DNA from: Armatimonadota bacterium
GTDB lineage: Bacteria; Armatimonadota; UBA5829; DTLH01
Reading direction: 5' to 3'
NCBI GenBank assembly: GCA_039679675.1
Contig: JBDKUN010000033.1
Location: forward strand, 32,001 to 96,000
Length of the DNA: 64,000 nt
Positions 41,067 to 50,822 of this stretch are shown here, piece after piece. A model generated the notes under the pieces. It searched no databases. It worked only from the letters and a program-made list of their open reading frames with translations, and was not told the DNA's origin. The translations under genes and the position numbers were made by a program. Every line of letters starts with the position of its first letter. The stretch's first letter is position 1.

Positions 41067-42548
41067 TTGAAAGAGTTTACTGAGAAAGTCCTGCAGAAAG
41101 CAAAGGACCTCGGCGCGAGCTATGCCGATGTCCGGATCGTCCGCACTAAAAATGAGGCGATCAACGTTAAAAACGGCAAGGTCGATGCTCTTGCCGGATC
41201 AGATGATTATGGTTTTGGAGTAAGAGTCATTGTAGACGGCGCATGGGGGTTTTCATCCAGCTTCGTTGTCTCGCCTGAAGAAGGGGAGCGCGTCGCAGCG
41301 GAAGCTGTACGCATAGCCAGAGCAAGCGCCAGGGTCAAGAAGAGTGATGTCAAGCTGGCGCCGGTAGAGCCTGCGGAAGGCAAGTTCAAGAGCGATTGGA
41401 AGACCGATCCGTTCGAAGTCCCGCTCGAAGACAAGATAAACCTTCTGCTGGAAGCTGACAAGATAGTCCGGGAACAGCCGGAAGTGAAAATATCCGAAGG
41501 TTCGATGGACTTCTATCGGTTCGACAGCACTTTCGCAAGCACTGAAGGCAGCTATATAGAACAGACAAAGATAGAAAGCGGCGCGGGGATAACTGCGACG
41601 GCAATCGAAGCCGGAGAAATGCAGCGGCGGTCGTATCCGGGCTCATTCGGAGGCGACTATGCCTCGCAGGGTTACGAATTTGTAGAAAGTTGGGACCTTA
41701 CTGCACATGCAGAGGAGACCGCAAAGAGCGCAGCAGACCTTCTGAAAGCTCCGCAGTGTCCGTCGGACAGACGCGATCTCATCCTTGAGGGGAGTATGCT
41801 CGCCCTGCAGGTCCATGAGTCCTGCGGACATCCGGTAGAGCTGGACAGAGTCTTCGGCACAGAAGCGTCATTCGCAGGAACGAGCTTCCTGACCCCTGAG
41901 AAGCTGAATAACTTCCGCTACGGCTCCGATGAGGTCAACATAGTGGCAGATGCAACAGCTCCCGGCGGCCTTGGCACATTCGCCTATGATGACGAAGGCG
42001 TTCCCGCGCAGTGCGTGGACGTAGTAAAAGAAGGTATCTTCTCCGGGTACCTCTCATCCAGAGAGACCGCAGCTCAGTTGGGATTGAACGCAAGCGGCGG
42101 CGCGATGAGGGCTGACGGTTGGAGCAGGATTCCTATCATCAGGATGACCAACGTCAATTTGAAGCCCGGAGACTGGACGCTCGATGAGATCATTAAAGAC
42201 ACCAAGAAAGGCATTTATGCCGAGATGGTCCAGTCCTGGAGCATAGACGACAAACGGCTCAACTTCCAGTTCGGAACGGAAGTCGCTTACGAGATAACCG
42301 ACGGCAGTCTCGGAAGAATGCTCAAAAACCCGACTTATACCGGGATCACATACGAGTTCTGGCGCAGCTGCGATGCTGTTGCCGGAAAAGACGAGTGGCA
42401 TTTGTGGGGCGTGCCGAACTGCGGCAAGGGAGAGCCCGGTCAGACCGCACATGTCGGTCACGGAGTTGCTCCGTCAAGGTTCAAGAACGTGCGGATAGGG
42501 GTTATGGAATCTCCTTCCGGCGAGTCGGAGGGTGAAGATAATGAGTAA
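41067..42548 (+). CDS. tldD: TldD family metalloprotease, copy 1
   Basis: HESCGH (HExxxH), YDDEGV, RMTN, NCGKGEP. Confidence 0.93.
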   Translation: MKEFTEKVLQKAKDLGASYADVRIVRTKNEAINVKNGKVDALAGSDDYGFGVRVIVDGAWGFSSSFVVSPEEGERVAAEAVRIARASARVKKSDVKLAPVEPAEGKFKSDWKTDPFEVPLEDKINLLLEADKIVREQPEVKISEGSMDFYRFDSTFASTEGSYIEQTKIESGAGITATAIEAGEMQRRSYPGSFGGDYASQGYEFVESWDLTAHAEETAKSAADLLKAPQCPSDRRDLILEGSMLALQVHESCGHPVELDRVFGTEASFAGTSFLTPEKLNNFRYGSDEVNIVADATAPGGLGTFAYDDEGVPAQCVDVVKEGIFSGYLSSRETAAQLGLNASGGAMRADGWSRIPIIRMTNVNLKPGDWTLDEIIKDTKKGIYAEMVQSWSIDDKRLNFQFGTEVAYEITDGSLGRMLKNPTYTGITYEFWRSCDAVAGKDEWHLWGVPNCGKGEPGQTAHVGHGVAPSRFKNVRIGVMESPSGESEGEDNE

Positions 42549-43890
42549 CAAGAATTTTGAGCTTCTGGGCAGTGAGAGACTGCAGGAAGTTGCGAAAAAG
42601 GCGATGGGGTTCTCGACCGCTGATCAGACAGAGGTCTCTATAGGTATCGGACAGAGCAGCCTGACCCGGTTTGCCGGTTCGATCATTCACCAGAACGTAG
42701 CTGAGCGGAATGCAGCTATTGCTGTTCGTGCGATCATCGGCAAAAAGATCGGATATGCTACAGGCAATTCGATTACTGATGATGCGGTGCGAGAAACGGT
42801 CGAAAGAGCCGTTATATTTGCTAAAAACCAGCACGACAACCCGGACTTCAAGTCTCTGCACGGGCCGAAACCCATACCTCAGGCTCCGCAGACGTTTTTC
42901 GAGCCGACAGTGGAGTTTTCTCCTGAGGATAGAGCCGCCGCTGTTCGGAAAATCGTCGATGTAGCGTCTAAAGTCAACGCTGAGGCGTCAGGATCGTTCT
43001 CGGTGGGATACGGCGAGCATGCGATAGCCAACTCGCTTGGCGGGAGTGCCTACACGGCCGGTACGGACAGTCATCTGTCGATGGTCGTTACCGCTGGTAC
43101 CGGGTTTGGATATTCCAACAAACAAAACCGCGATGTGATGAAGATAAACGTCGAGGAAGCGGCGAATGAGGCTGCACAGACGGCTGATAAGAGCCGGAAC
43201 CCGGTCTCAATCGAGCCGGGAGAGTATGATGTTGTGCTGACTCCTTACTGCGTCGAGGATATATTGAGTTACCTCTCGTGGCTGGGCTTCAGCGCTCTTG
43301 CGGTGCAGGAAGGCCGGAGCTTCATGGCTGGGAAGCTCGGCGAGAAGGTATGCGGCGAGAATATCAATATTTGGGATGACGGGTTCGATCCCAGGGGCAG
43401 TATCAGTTCGTTTGATGGGGAAGGCCTACCCAAGCAGAAGGTAGATCTCATCGTAAACGGCGTTGCCAATGCAGTGGTCTACGATTCCTTCACAGCCGGA
43501 AAAGAAGGCAAGGAATCTACTGGCCATTCTATCGGTGGAACTGGGACTCATGGCCCATACGCGACGAATATGTTCCTTGCGCCCGGCGACAAGACTATAG
43601 AAGAGATGATCGCGAGCACCGAACGCGGGATATTTGTGACCCGGTTCAACTATACGAACGTGGTGCATCCGCTCCTCGTGATATTCACCGGTATGACCAG
43701 GGACGGGACATTCCTGATCGAGAACGGCAAGATCACGAAGCCGGTCAAGAACCTCAGGTTCACGGAAAACATTCTGAAAGTGCTTTCGAACGTGGAGATG
43801 ATTGGAAAAGACCTGAGTCTTCAGGGGATGGCGACCGTTCCGGCGATCAAAGCAAAGAACTTCCGCTTTACCGGAGTAACGGAATTCTAG
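42541..43890 (+). CDS. pmbA: PmbA/TldE family non-catalytic subunit
   Basis: LTRFA.S.IHQN, FDGEG, STGH, TGMTRDGTF.IENG; no HExxxH. Confidence 0.88.
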   Translation: MSNKNFELLGSERLQEVAKKAMGFSTADQTEVSIGIGQSSLTRFAGSIIHQNVAERNAAIAVRAIIGKKIGYATGNSITDDAVRETVERAVIFAKNQHDNPDFKSLHGPKPIPQAPQTFFEPTVEFSPEDRAAAVRKIVDVASKVNAEASGSFSVGYGEHAIANSLGGSAYTAGTDSHLSMVVTAGTGFGYSNKQNRDVMKINVEEAANEAAQTADKSRNPVSIEPGEYDVVLTPYCVEDILSYLSWLGFSALAVQEGRSFMAGKLGEKVCGENINIWDDGFDPRGSISSFDGEGLPKQKVDLIVNGVANAVVYDSFTAGKEGKESTGHSIGGTGTHGPYATNMFLAPGDKTIEEMIASTERGIFVTRFNYTNVVHPLLVIFTGMTRDGTFLIENGKITKPVKNLRFTENILKVLSNVEMIGKDLSLQGMATVPAIKAKNFRFTGVTEF

Positions 43891-44057
43891 TTGCTATTCA
43901 CGAAATAGCCTTTCTCGGACTGCATTTGTAATGTAGCCCGGACTGGCATAAAAGGGATCTGTGATACCGGATGTGTAGTTATAACCAAAACTTGCACACC
44001 CGGCATCATAGATGCCTCGTTTGTCTCTCCGGTAGGGATTGCAAATCCCTACCGAGG

Positions 44058-44217
44058 TAACAGTTCACTCTTGATAAGAATTATACATCATACTGAACAA
44101 CCAGCACGTCACCCTGAACTTGATTCAGGGTCCAGTTTTTCCTGGATTCCGAGTCAAGCTCGGAATGACGTCGTGGCAGCCCGGAATGATGTTGCACTCA
44201 TCAACTCTGAACTCTTA
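44058..44217 (+). mobile_element. MITE-like element (~160 bp), second copy
   Basis: Ends TAACAGTTCA...TGAACTCTTA; internal family-1 double hairpin at 44106-44171. Confidence 0.65.
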
Positions 44218-44256
44218 TCTATCGAGTAGGTCGTGTTTCCGAGGGGATTTGGAGCA

Positions 44257-45717
44257 TTGAAAGAGTTTACTGATAAAGTTTTGCAGAAAGCGAAAGACCT
44301 CGGCGCAAGCTATGCCGATGTCAGGATAATTAAAGGTGAGTCCGAGTCTATAGGCGTCAAAAAAGGCAATGTGAATGCGCTTGCGTCATCGACCAACTAT
44401 GGGTTTGGTGTGCGGGTCATCGTAAACGGATCATGGGGGTTTTCATCAAGCTCTGTGGTCCGTGACGGCGAGATAGACAGGGTCGTCGACGAGGCCGTAC
44501 GCATAGCAAGAGCGAGTTCCTACGTGAAGAAAGAGGATGTCAAACTTGCTCCTGTCGAGCCGGTAGAAGGCAAGTTCAAAAGCGAATGGAAAGTAAACCC
44601 TTTCGAAGTCTCTCTCGAAGAAAAGATCAGCCTGCTGCTGGACGCCGACAGTATCATGCGGGAACAGCCGGAAGTAAAGATATCCGAAGGTTCCATGCGG
44701 TTCTGGCGGACTGATAACACTTTTGCAAGCACCGAAGGCAGCTACATAGAGCAGACCAAGATAGAAAGCGGCGCGGGGATAACTGCGACCGCAATCGAAG
44801 CCGGAGAAATGCAGCGGAGGTCGTATCCTGCATCCAAAGGCGGCGCATTCCAATCGAGCGGTTATGAGTTTATAGAGAGTTGGGACCTTGCCGGTCACGC
44901 CGAAGAGATCGCAAAAGAATCGGCTGACCTTCTGAAAGCCCCTCAGTGCCCGTCAGGTTTCAGCGACCTCATAATAGACAAGGATATGCTCGCGCTGCAG
45001 GTCCACGAGTCCTGTGGGCATCCAATAGAGCTGGACAGAGTATTCGGCACGGAGGCAGCATTCGCAGGAACGAGCTTTCTGACTCCTGAGAAGCTGAACA
45101 ATTACCGTTATGGCTCCGAATCGGTAAATATAGTTGCCGATGCGACTGCTCCCTGTGGTATGGGCACGTTTGCCTATGATGACGAAGGTGTTCCCGCTCA
45201 GCGCGTCGATATAATCAAAGAAGGTATCTTCTCCGGATACCTCTCATCCAGAGAGACTGCTGCTCAGATGGGATGGGACGCAAGCGGCGGCGCGATGAGA
45301 GCTTCAGGTTGGAATAGAATTCCTATCATCAGGATGACGAACATCAATCTGCTGCCCGGAGACTGGACGCTCGACGAGATTATCAAAGACACCAAGAAAG
45401 GCATACTTGGGCGTTCTGTCACATCGTGGAGCATAGATGACAAGCGGCTTAACTTCCAGTTCGGAACAGAGATCGGTTATGTGATCAACGACGGAAGCAT
45501 CACCGGGATCGTGAAGAACGTCACGTATACAGGCATTACCCCTGAGTTCTGGGGCAGCTGCGATGCCGTTTCGAACAAAGACGAGTGGGAGATGCGGGGT
45601 ACGCCGAACTGCGGTAAAGGCGAGCCAGGTCAGGTTATACATGTCGGGCATGGAGTAGCTCCTGCGCGGTTCAGAAACGTGCGGATAGGGGTAATGGAGC
45701 AATCGGAGGAAATTTGA
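44257..45717 (+). CDS. tldD: TldD family metalloprotease, copy 2
   Basis: HESCGH, NCGKGEP; long stretches nearly identical to copy 1; TTG start by paralogy. Confidence 0.93.
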   Translation: MKEFTDKVLQKAKDLGASYADVRIIKGESESIGVKKGNVNALASSTNYGFGVRVIVNGSWGFSSSSVVRDGEIDRVVDEAVRIARASSYVKKEDVKLAPVEPVEGKFKSEWKVNPFEVSLEEKISLLLDADSIMREQPEVKISEGSMRFWRTDNTFASTEGSYIEQTKIESGAGITATAIEAGEMQRRSYPASKGGAFQSSGYEFIESWDLAGHAEEIAKESADLLKAPQCPSGFSDLIIDKDMLALQVHESCGHPIELDRVFGTEAAFAGTSFLTPEKLNNYRYGSESVNIVADATAPCGMGTFAYDDEGVPAQRVDIIKEGIFSGYLSSRETAAQMGWDASGGAMRASGWNRIPIIRMTNINLLPGDWTLDEIIKDTKKGILGRSVTSWSIDDKRLNFQFGTEIGYVINDGSITGIVKNVTYTGITPEFWGSCDAVSNKDEWEMRGTPNCGKGEPGQVIHVGHGVAPARFRNVRIGVMEQSEEI

Positions 45718-46367
45718 TGAGTTCAGCACTGATTGTACAAGGCGGATGGGAAGGTCACGAGCCCGTTCAAGTCTCGGAAATACTTGCGGGCGCGCTCCGC
45801 GAGCACGGGTTCGACGTCGAAGTATCGGATACTCTTGATGCGTTCAAAGATCAGGCAAAGCTGGAATCGTTGGACCTCATAGTCCCGCTCTGGACAATGG
45901 GAGCTATCACCCAGGAGCAGCTTGGCCCGGTCCTGACAGCTATCAGAAACGGCACCGGAGTTGCCGGACTGCATGGCGGCATGGGCGATGCCTTTAGAAA
46001 CGAGACTGAATGGCAGTTCATGGTCGGCGGACAGTGGGTTGCCCATCCGGGCGGCATCATCGACTATGAAGTGAACATTACCAATAAGTATGATCCCATT
46101 ACAGTCGGTCTGGATGACTTCAAGATGCACTCAGAGCAGTATTATATGCACGTCGATCCTTCGAATGAAGTGCTGGCGACGACTACTTTCAGCGGCGACA
46201 ATGCATTCTGGATCGCCGGAACAGTAATGCCTGTTGCATGGAAGAGACATTACGGCAAAGGCCGCGTCTTCTACAGTTCCCTGGGCCATGTCGCAGCCGA
46301 TCTGAGTGTCCCCGAAGCACTTACTATTATGACCAGAGGCATGCTCTGGGCCGCAGGTAAGCTGTAA
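45717..46367 (+). CDS. ThuA (trehalose utilisation) domain protein
   Basis: [42 protein letters not shown]. Confidence 0.88.
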   Translation: MSSALIVQGGWEGHEPVQVSEILAGALREHGFDVEVSDTLDAFKDQAKLESLDLIVPLWTMGAITQEQLGPVLTAIRNGTGVAGLHGGMGDAFRNETEWQFMVGGQWVAHPGGIIDYEVNITNKYDPITVGLDDFKMHSEQYYMHVDPSNEVLATTTFSGDNAFWIAGTVMPVAWKRHYGKGRVFYSSLGHVAADLSVPEALTIMTRGMLWAAGKL

Positions 46368-46412
46368 AGTCCTGAAAATCAATGCCAAGTAGCCGAAAGG
46401 GTTTGTTGTGCC

Positions 46413-46441
46413 TTGGCAGACGAACGAATGTTCGATATTAT
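46413..46441 (+). promoter_or_regulatory. Sigma70 promoter with LexA (Cheo/DinR-type) SOS box in the spacer
   Basis: TTGGCA(46413)-17 bp-TATTAT(46436); CGAAC-GAAT-GTTCG at 46421-46434. Confidence 0.85.
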
Positions 46442-46479
46442 GTCTAATAAGCATAAAGACGTTGTGTTGAGGGTGGCGT

Positions 46480-46740
46480 ATGGAAGCAGTCACTGTCGAC
46501 GAAGAGGTTCGAGTGGGAGCGGCGTTCGACAATAGAAAGATATGCCCGGTATGGTTCCTGTGGAGGAGCCGTTACTACAGGGTAAGGAGGGTTACCTACA
46601 ACTGGCGGAGCAGCCTGGGGATCGAAAAGCTGTACTATTTCGCCGTTACCGTAGCCAGCGGCAGCAGTGTGTACGAGTTGTGTTTCAACTCAGGCTCCCT
46701 TGAGTGGACGCTTTCCAGGATCAGCGGAGGTGACGTATGA
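46480..46740 (+). CDS. Small Y-polymerase accessory protein (DUF6504/ImuB C-terminal-like)
   Basis: P.WF.WR.R.Y.V..V...W pattern; ATGA-coupled to dinB. Confidence 0.65.
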   Translation: MEAVTVDEEVRVGAAFDNRKICPVWFLWRSRYYRVRRVTYNWRSSLGIEKLYYFAVTVASGSSVYELCFNSGSLEWTLSRISGGDV

Positions 46741-47900
46741 CGGATGATCGGACGATCATTCTGGTTGATATGGACGCGTTTTTTGCAAGTATAGAGCAGC
46801 AGTGCAACCCTGGCCTCAGGGGTAAGCCGGTTCTGGTCGGTGGAAGTCTGACCGGCCGCTCCGTAATCTCCGCTGCGAGCTACGAAGCCCGGGCTTACGG
46901 CATCCATTCAGCTATGCCTGTTATGGAGGCGATTGGGCGATGTCCCGATGCCGTTCTGGTGCATGGAAACCTGAGCAAATACACGGATACGGCGCACCGG
47001 GTCTTTAAAATCTGCGGCGATTATACCGACCTGATGGAGATATATTCGATAGATGAGTGCTTTTTGGATGTTACAGGCACAGCGGAGCGCTTCGGCGGGG
47101 CGTGGGATGTAGCCAGGAACATCAAACGCCGTATAAAGTCTGAGTTGGGGCTGACCTGTTCGATAGGAATTGCTCAAAATAAGATGCTTTCCAAGCTCGC
47201 CTCCGGGATGGGGAAGCCTGATGGGCTGATGGAGATAAAGAAAGATGATGTAGAGGCGCTTCTGAAAGACCTGTCGGTGGAGAAACTGCATGGGATCGGG
47301 GATAAAGTCAGGGTAAGGCTCGCGAGGATGGGGATTACGAAGGCAAGTGAGCTTGCGAGGGCTTCGAGACCTATGCTTAAGCGCGAGTTCGGTGTCTTTG
47401 GTGATGTGCTTTATTGGATGGGAAACGGAGTGGACCAGTCTCCGATAATCCCGTATCACAGCGAGCCGGATATGAAGTCCGTCGGGCATTCGTATACGAT
47501 GGAACGGAACACCAGGGACTTGAATATAGTGTGCCGCCACCTGCTGAGACTCTCGGAGATGGTAGGCCGCCAGTTGAGGGAGCAGCACTTTGCCGGCAGG
47601 ACAGTCACGCTCGTAGTAAGATATGCCGACATGCACACATTCAGCCGCCAGCGGAGCATCCCGGAGTATATCGACGATGGATACGCTATCTACAGGGCTG
47701 CACTGTCGATTCTTAGAAAGCAGGACGATGACAAACGTGCCATTCGGTTGGTGGGAGTGAGTGTATCCAACCTGGTGAAAGGTGCATGCCAGCTCGATCT
47801 GTTTGCAGACCCCCGCGTCCGCAGCCTGCTTAAGGCCATGGACGCCATCAACGACAGGTACGGGGAATTTACCATCAAACGTGCCAGCCTGATCCCATAG
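46737..47900 (+). CDS. dinB: Y-family DNA polymerase (Pol IV-like)
   Basis: VDMDAFFA, SYEAR, SIDE, KLAS..KPDG; clamp motif QLDLF; C-terminal DAINDRYG. Confidence 0.93.
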   Translation: MTDDRTIILVDMDAFFASIEQQCNPGLRGKPVLVGGSLTGRSVISAASYEARAYGIHSAMPVMEAIGRCPDAVLVHGNLSKYTDTAHRVFKICGDYTDLMEIYSIDECFLDVTGTAERFGGAWDVARNIKRRIKSELGLTCSIGIAQNKMLSKLASGMGKPDGLMEIKKDDVEALLKDLSVEKLHGIGDKVRVRLARMGITKASELARASRPMLKREFGVFGDVLYWMGNGVDQSPIIPYHSEPDMKSVGHSYTMERNTRDLNIVCRHLLRLSEMVGRQLREQHFAGRTVTLVVRYADMHTFSRQRSIPEYIDDGYAIYRAALSILRKQDDDKRAIRLVGVSVSNLVKGACQLDLFADPRVRSLLKAMDAINDRYGEFTIKRASLIP

Positions 47901-48009
47901 AATGTATATTAAGAGTGATTTCGGCAGGACAGCGGCTTGACTTCACCGCTCAGGTCGGATATTGTTTGATCACAGAGTTTTGAATATTCAGGAGAAGTAT
48001 TTGCAGGGT

Positions 48010-48873
48010 ATGCAATCACGAACAATAAGCATCGGCTCGCTTGAGCGGCGTTATATAGTTTACGTTCCGGATAGTTATTACACGCAAAAGTTTGTTTCTC
48101 TCGTGATAATGCTGCATGGCGGCGGAGGGACTGCAAAAGGCGCGATGGAGGAGACTGGCTGGACCAGGAAAGCAGATAAAGAAGGCTTTATAGCCGCATT
48201 TCCGGAGGCTATCCGGCAGGACGAGTCGCAGCCGCCCAGGTTTCTCCGTAACCCGCAGTTCTGGAATGATGGCTCAGGCCGGGCGTATTCAGGCAAAGAG
48301 AACGTCGATGATGTCGGGTTCATAAACGCGATGATCGATGATCTGATGTCCAGCTATGTAATAGATAAACGCAAAATCTTTATCACCGGGTTCTCGAACG
48401 GGGCATCAATGACTTACCGCGCTGGAGTAGAGCTGTCTAAACGTATCGCCGCGATAGCCCCTGTATCCGGTCATTTGTGGACTAAACCTGAGACACTGGA
48501 GCGCGAAGTGTCTGTTTTGGCGATTACCGGCGTCGAAGACCCGCTGAACCCGTTTAACGGCGGCGAGACGGTCAGTCCGTGGAGAGATAAAGAGATAAAA
48601 CCTCCTATGGCGGGTTCCATTAGAGCCTGGGCAAAGCTGATCGGTTGTTCAGAAAGTATTGAAATACGGCGGGATGAAAACGGTGTAAAGATCGAGGCTT
48701 ATAAAGGGTGTAGAAACGGCGTGGAAGCGTTGTTTTGCGCAATAGACGGCCTGGGGCATGTGTGGCCGGGCGGTAAAAGCTTGCTTCACGAGAGAATCGT
48801 TGGTAAAGGCAGCGATAAATTGGATGCAACGGACACGATATGGCAGTTTTTCACAGAGCATCCTATTCCGTAA
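48010..48873 (+). CDS. Alpha/beta hydrolase, PHB depolymerase/LpqC esterase family
   Basis: LHGGGG, DDVGFI, GFSNG nucleophile elbow, GHVWPG. Confidence 0.88.
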   Translation: MQSRTISIGSLERRYIVYVPDSYYTQKFVSLVIMLHGGGGTAKGAMEETGWTRKADKEGFIAAFPEAIRQDESQPPRFLRNPQFWNDGSGRAYSGKENVDDVGFINAMIDDLMSSYVIDKRKIFITGFSNGASMTYRAGVELSKRIAAIAPVSGHLWTKPETLEREVSVLAITGVEDPLNPFNGGETVSPWRDKEIKPPMAGSIRAWAKLIGCSESIEIRRDENGVKIEAYKGCRNGVEALFCAIDGLGHVWPGGKSLLHERIVGKGSDKLDATDTIWQFFTEHPIP

Positions 48874-49519
48874 AGACAATTGTCCCGAAGCGGCTCGGCC
48901 TGTGAAAGTTCGCCGGGCTTAAAAGTGTCGGCGACCAGGCTTGAAACTCGACCGGCTCCGGTGACAGGTCGATCCGATAGAGGTTTCCGCGCCATTTTTC
49001 ACCGGGCTTCGGGGTTTTGCGTCCAAGAGAGGCAAACGGGATAGCAATCTCGACGGTCCAGCCTTTGTCTATATCGTTTCTATCGTCGAGCGTGCCGTCT
49101 ACGACCACGGCAGTCTTGAGCCCGGCTATATCCCATTCCTTCCGGCCTTCGAAGACCGGCGGATCATCGGTCGAAGCACTGATTTCGGTATCGAATACGA
49201 CATTTCGAGGGCTCACATTCAGCTCATAGTAATGGGTCAGGTCTCCGTACGGCGACAGGAATGCTTCTACGACCTCTTCATTCCAGATAAGGTCGTCGCG
49301 GTTGAACATAGTTCCCCAGATGTCCTGGTCGATGCAATCGAACGCCAGATAAAGACAGTCGTCATCCCAGCAGAGCTTTACGCTCGTCGGTTTGGATGCG
49401 GCCGCGCCATCTTCGGAAAGAACAAGATTCACAGCCTCGGCGTGAGACCATGCGCCGTCATCGAGTCGCCCGTCGATAACCGGCGGAATATTTATTTTAT
49501 GGCAGTTGTATATCATCAT
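48863..49519 (-). CDS. Carbohydrate-binding family 9-like protein
   Basis: PVIDGRLDD..W, WDDDCLY.AF, GWTVEIAIPF, NFH.P..FG. Confidence 0.85.
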   Translation of the reverse strand: MMIYNCHKINIPPVIDGRLDDGAWSHAEAVNLVLSEDGAAASKPTSVKLCWDDDCLYLAFDCIDQDIWGTMFNRDDLIWNEEVVEAFLSPYGDLTHYYELNVSPRNVVFDTEISASTDDPPVFEGRKEWDIAGLKTAVVVDGTLDDRNDIDKGWTVEIAIPFASLGRKTPKPGEKWRGNLYRIDLSPEPVEFQAWSPTLLSPANFHRPSRFGTIVFTE

Positions 49520-49701
49520 CTCATTTTCAGCTTCGGCATGGAGCTGAAATGTTCCTTCTGCACTTGCCGAATGAAGCGATTAATTGTAGACTGTTGTCGA
49601 GGTTGATATATGCCGAAGAATGATTAAACATATCCGCATCTCAGCCGTAATAATATATAGAGACTTAAAGCTACAATCAGCAAGGCTTTTACGAGAGAAA
49701 T

Positions 49702-50817
49702 ATGTATAGACCAACTTACGCAGAGATTGATTTAAACGCAATAAAGGAGAATATTCAGGCAATACGCCGGGCTGTGGGTTCCGGTGTGAGGATTATGCCG
49801 GCAGTCAAGGCTGACGGTTACGGGCATGGCGCTGTCAAGGTCGGGAAAACGGCTCTTGCAGCCGGCGCTGATATGCTTGGTGTCGCAAGTGTGGAGGAAG
49901 CGCTCGAACTCAGAAGCAATGGGATCGACGCTCCCATACTGATCCTCGGATGCTCCAGCGGCTGTTCCGCCCGCGAAATAGTGGAGTTCGGTATCTCTGC
50001 GACTGTCTGCGACTTGAGCGCCGCCTGCGATCTTGCCGCTGAGGCCACACGGCAAGAGAAAAAAGCTCATATTCATGTGAAAGTTGATACCGGCATGGGG
50101 CGGATAGGTGTTCCTTCTGATGGAGCCGTTGAGTTGGTCACGGCCTTGATTGGCCTCCCGCAGCTTGAAATAGACGGTATATTTACGCATTTTCCATCTT
50201 CAGATGAGGCGGACAGGTCCTTCACGGAAGAACAGATAAGATTATTCAAGAGTATAGTATCCAAACTAAGCGAGCTTGGTATACGGCCCGAGTATGCTCA
50301 CGCGGCAAATAGTGGAGCTGTGCTCGATTATCCATCAGCTTACCTGGATATGGTACGGCCGGGAATTGCCATCTACGGGCTTTATCCATCGCCGGAAGCG
50401 AGCAGGAGCATAGAACTGAAGCCCGCTCTGACCTTCCGCACAAAGATCATCTTTATGAAAGATTATTCTGCCGGTAGGACTATCAGCTACGGGCGTACAT
50501 TCAAGACTTTACGCAGCACCAAAGTCGCCGTTATTCCCGTAGGTTATGCGGACGGCTTCGAGAGATCGCTGTCGAACAAAGGTGAGGTGTCCGTAAAAGG
50601 ATACAGAGCTCCTGTTATCGGCCGGGTCTGCATGGACCAGACAATGATCGATGTGACGGATGTCCCGGACGCGGCAATTGGAGATGACGTCATCCTGCTC
50701 GGCGGCGGAGTGGAGTATTTATCCGTAGAACGGGTTGCCGAAGTGCTGGGGACTATACCGCATGATGTCGTAACATCCATTGGTAAGCGCGTGCCGAGGG
50801 TTTACGTCGGCGAATAA
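49702..50817 (+). CDS. alr: Alanine racemase
   Basis: AVKADGYGHG, HVKVDTGMGR, ISYG, GYADG, GRVCMDQ. Confidence 0.92.
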   Translation: MYRPTYAEIDLNAIKENIQAIRRAVGSGVRIMPAVKADGYGHGAVKVGKTALAAGADMLGVASVEEALELRSNGIDAPILILGCSSGCSAREIVEFGISATVCDLSAACDLAAEATRQEKKAHIHVKVDTGMGRIGVPSDGAVELVTALIGLPQLEIDGIFTHFPSSDEADRSFTEEQIRLFKSIVSKLSELGIRPEYAHAANSGAVLDYPSAYLDMVRPGIAIYGLYPSPEASRSIELKPALTFRTKIIFMKDYSAGRTISYGRTFKTLRSTKVAVIPVGYADGFERSLSNKGEVSVKGYRAPVIGRVCMDQTMIDVTDVPDAAIGDDVILLGGGVEYLSVERVAEVLGTIPHDVVTSIGKRVPRVYVGE

Positions 50818-50822
50818 GACGT

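Noticed and set aside
40873..41070. 65-aa ORF upstream of tldD, and the ORFs at 56923-57223
   Set aside because: They run through repeat arrays and promoter DNA.
46908..47636. 242-aa antisense ORF
   Set aside because: Shadow of dinB.
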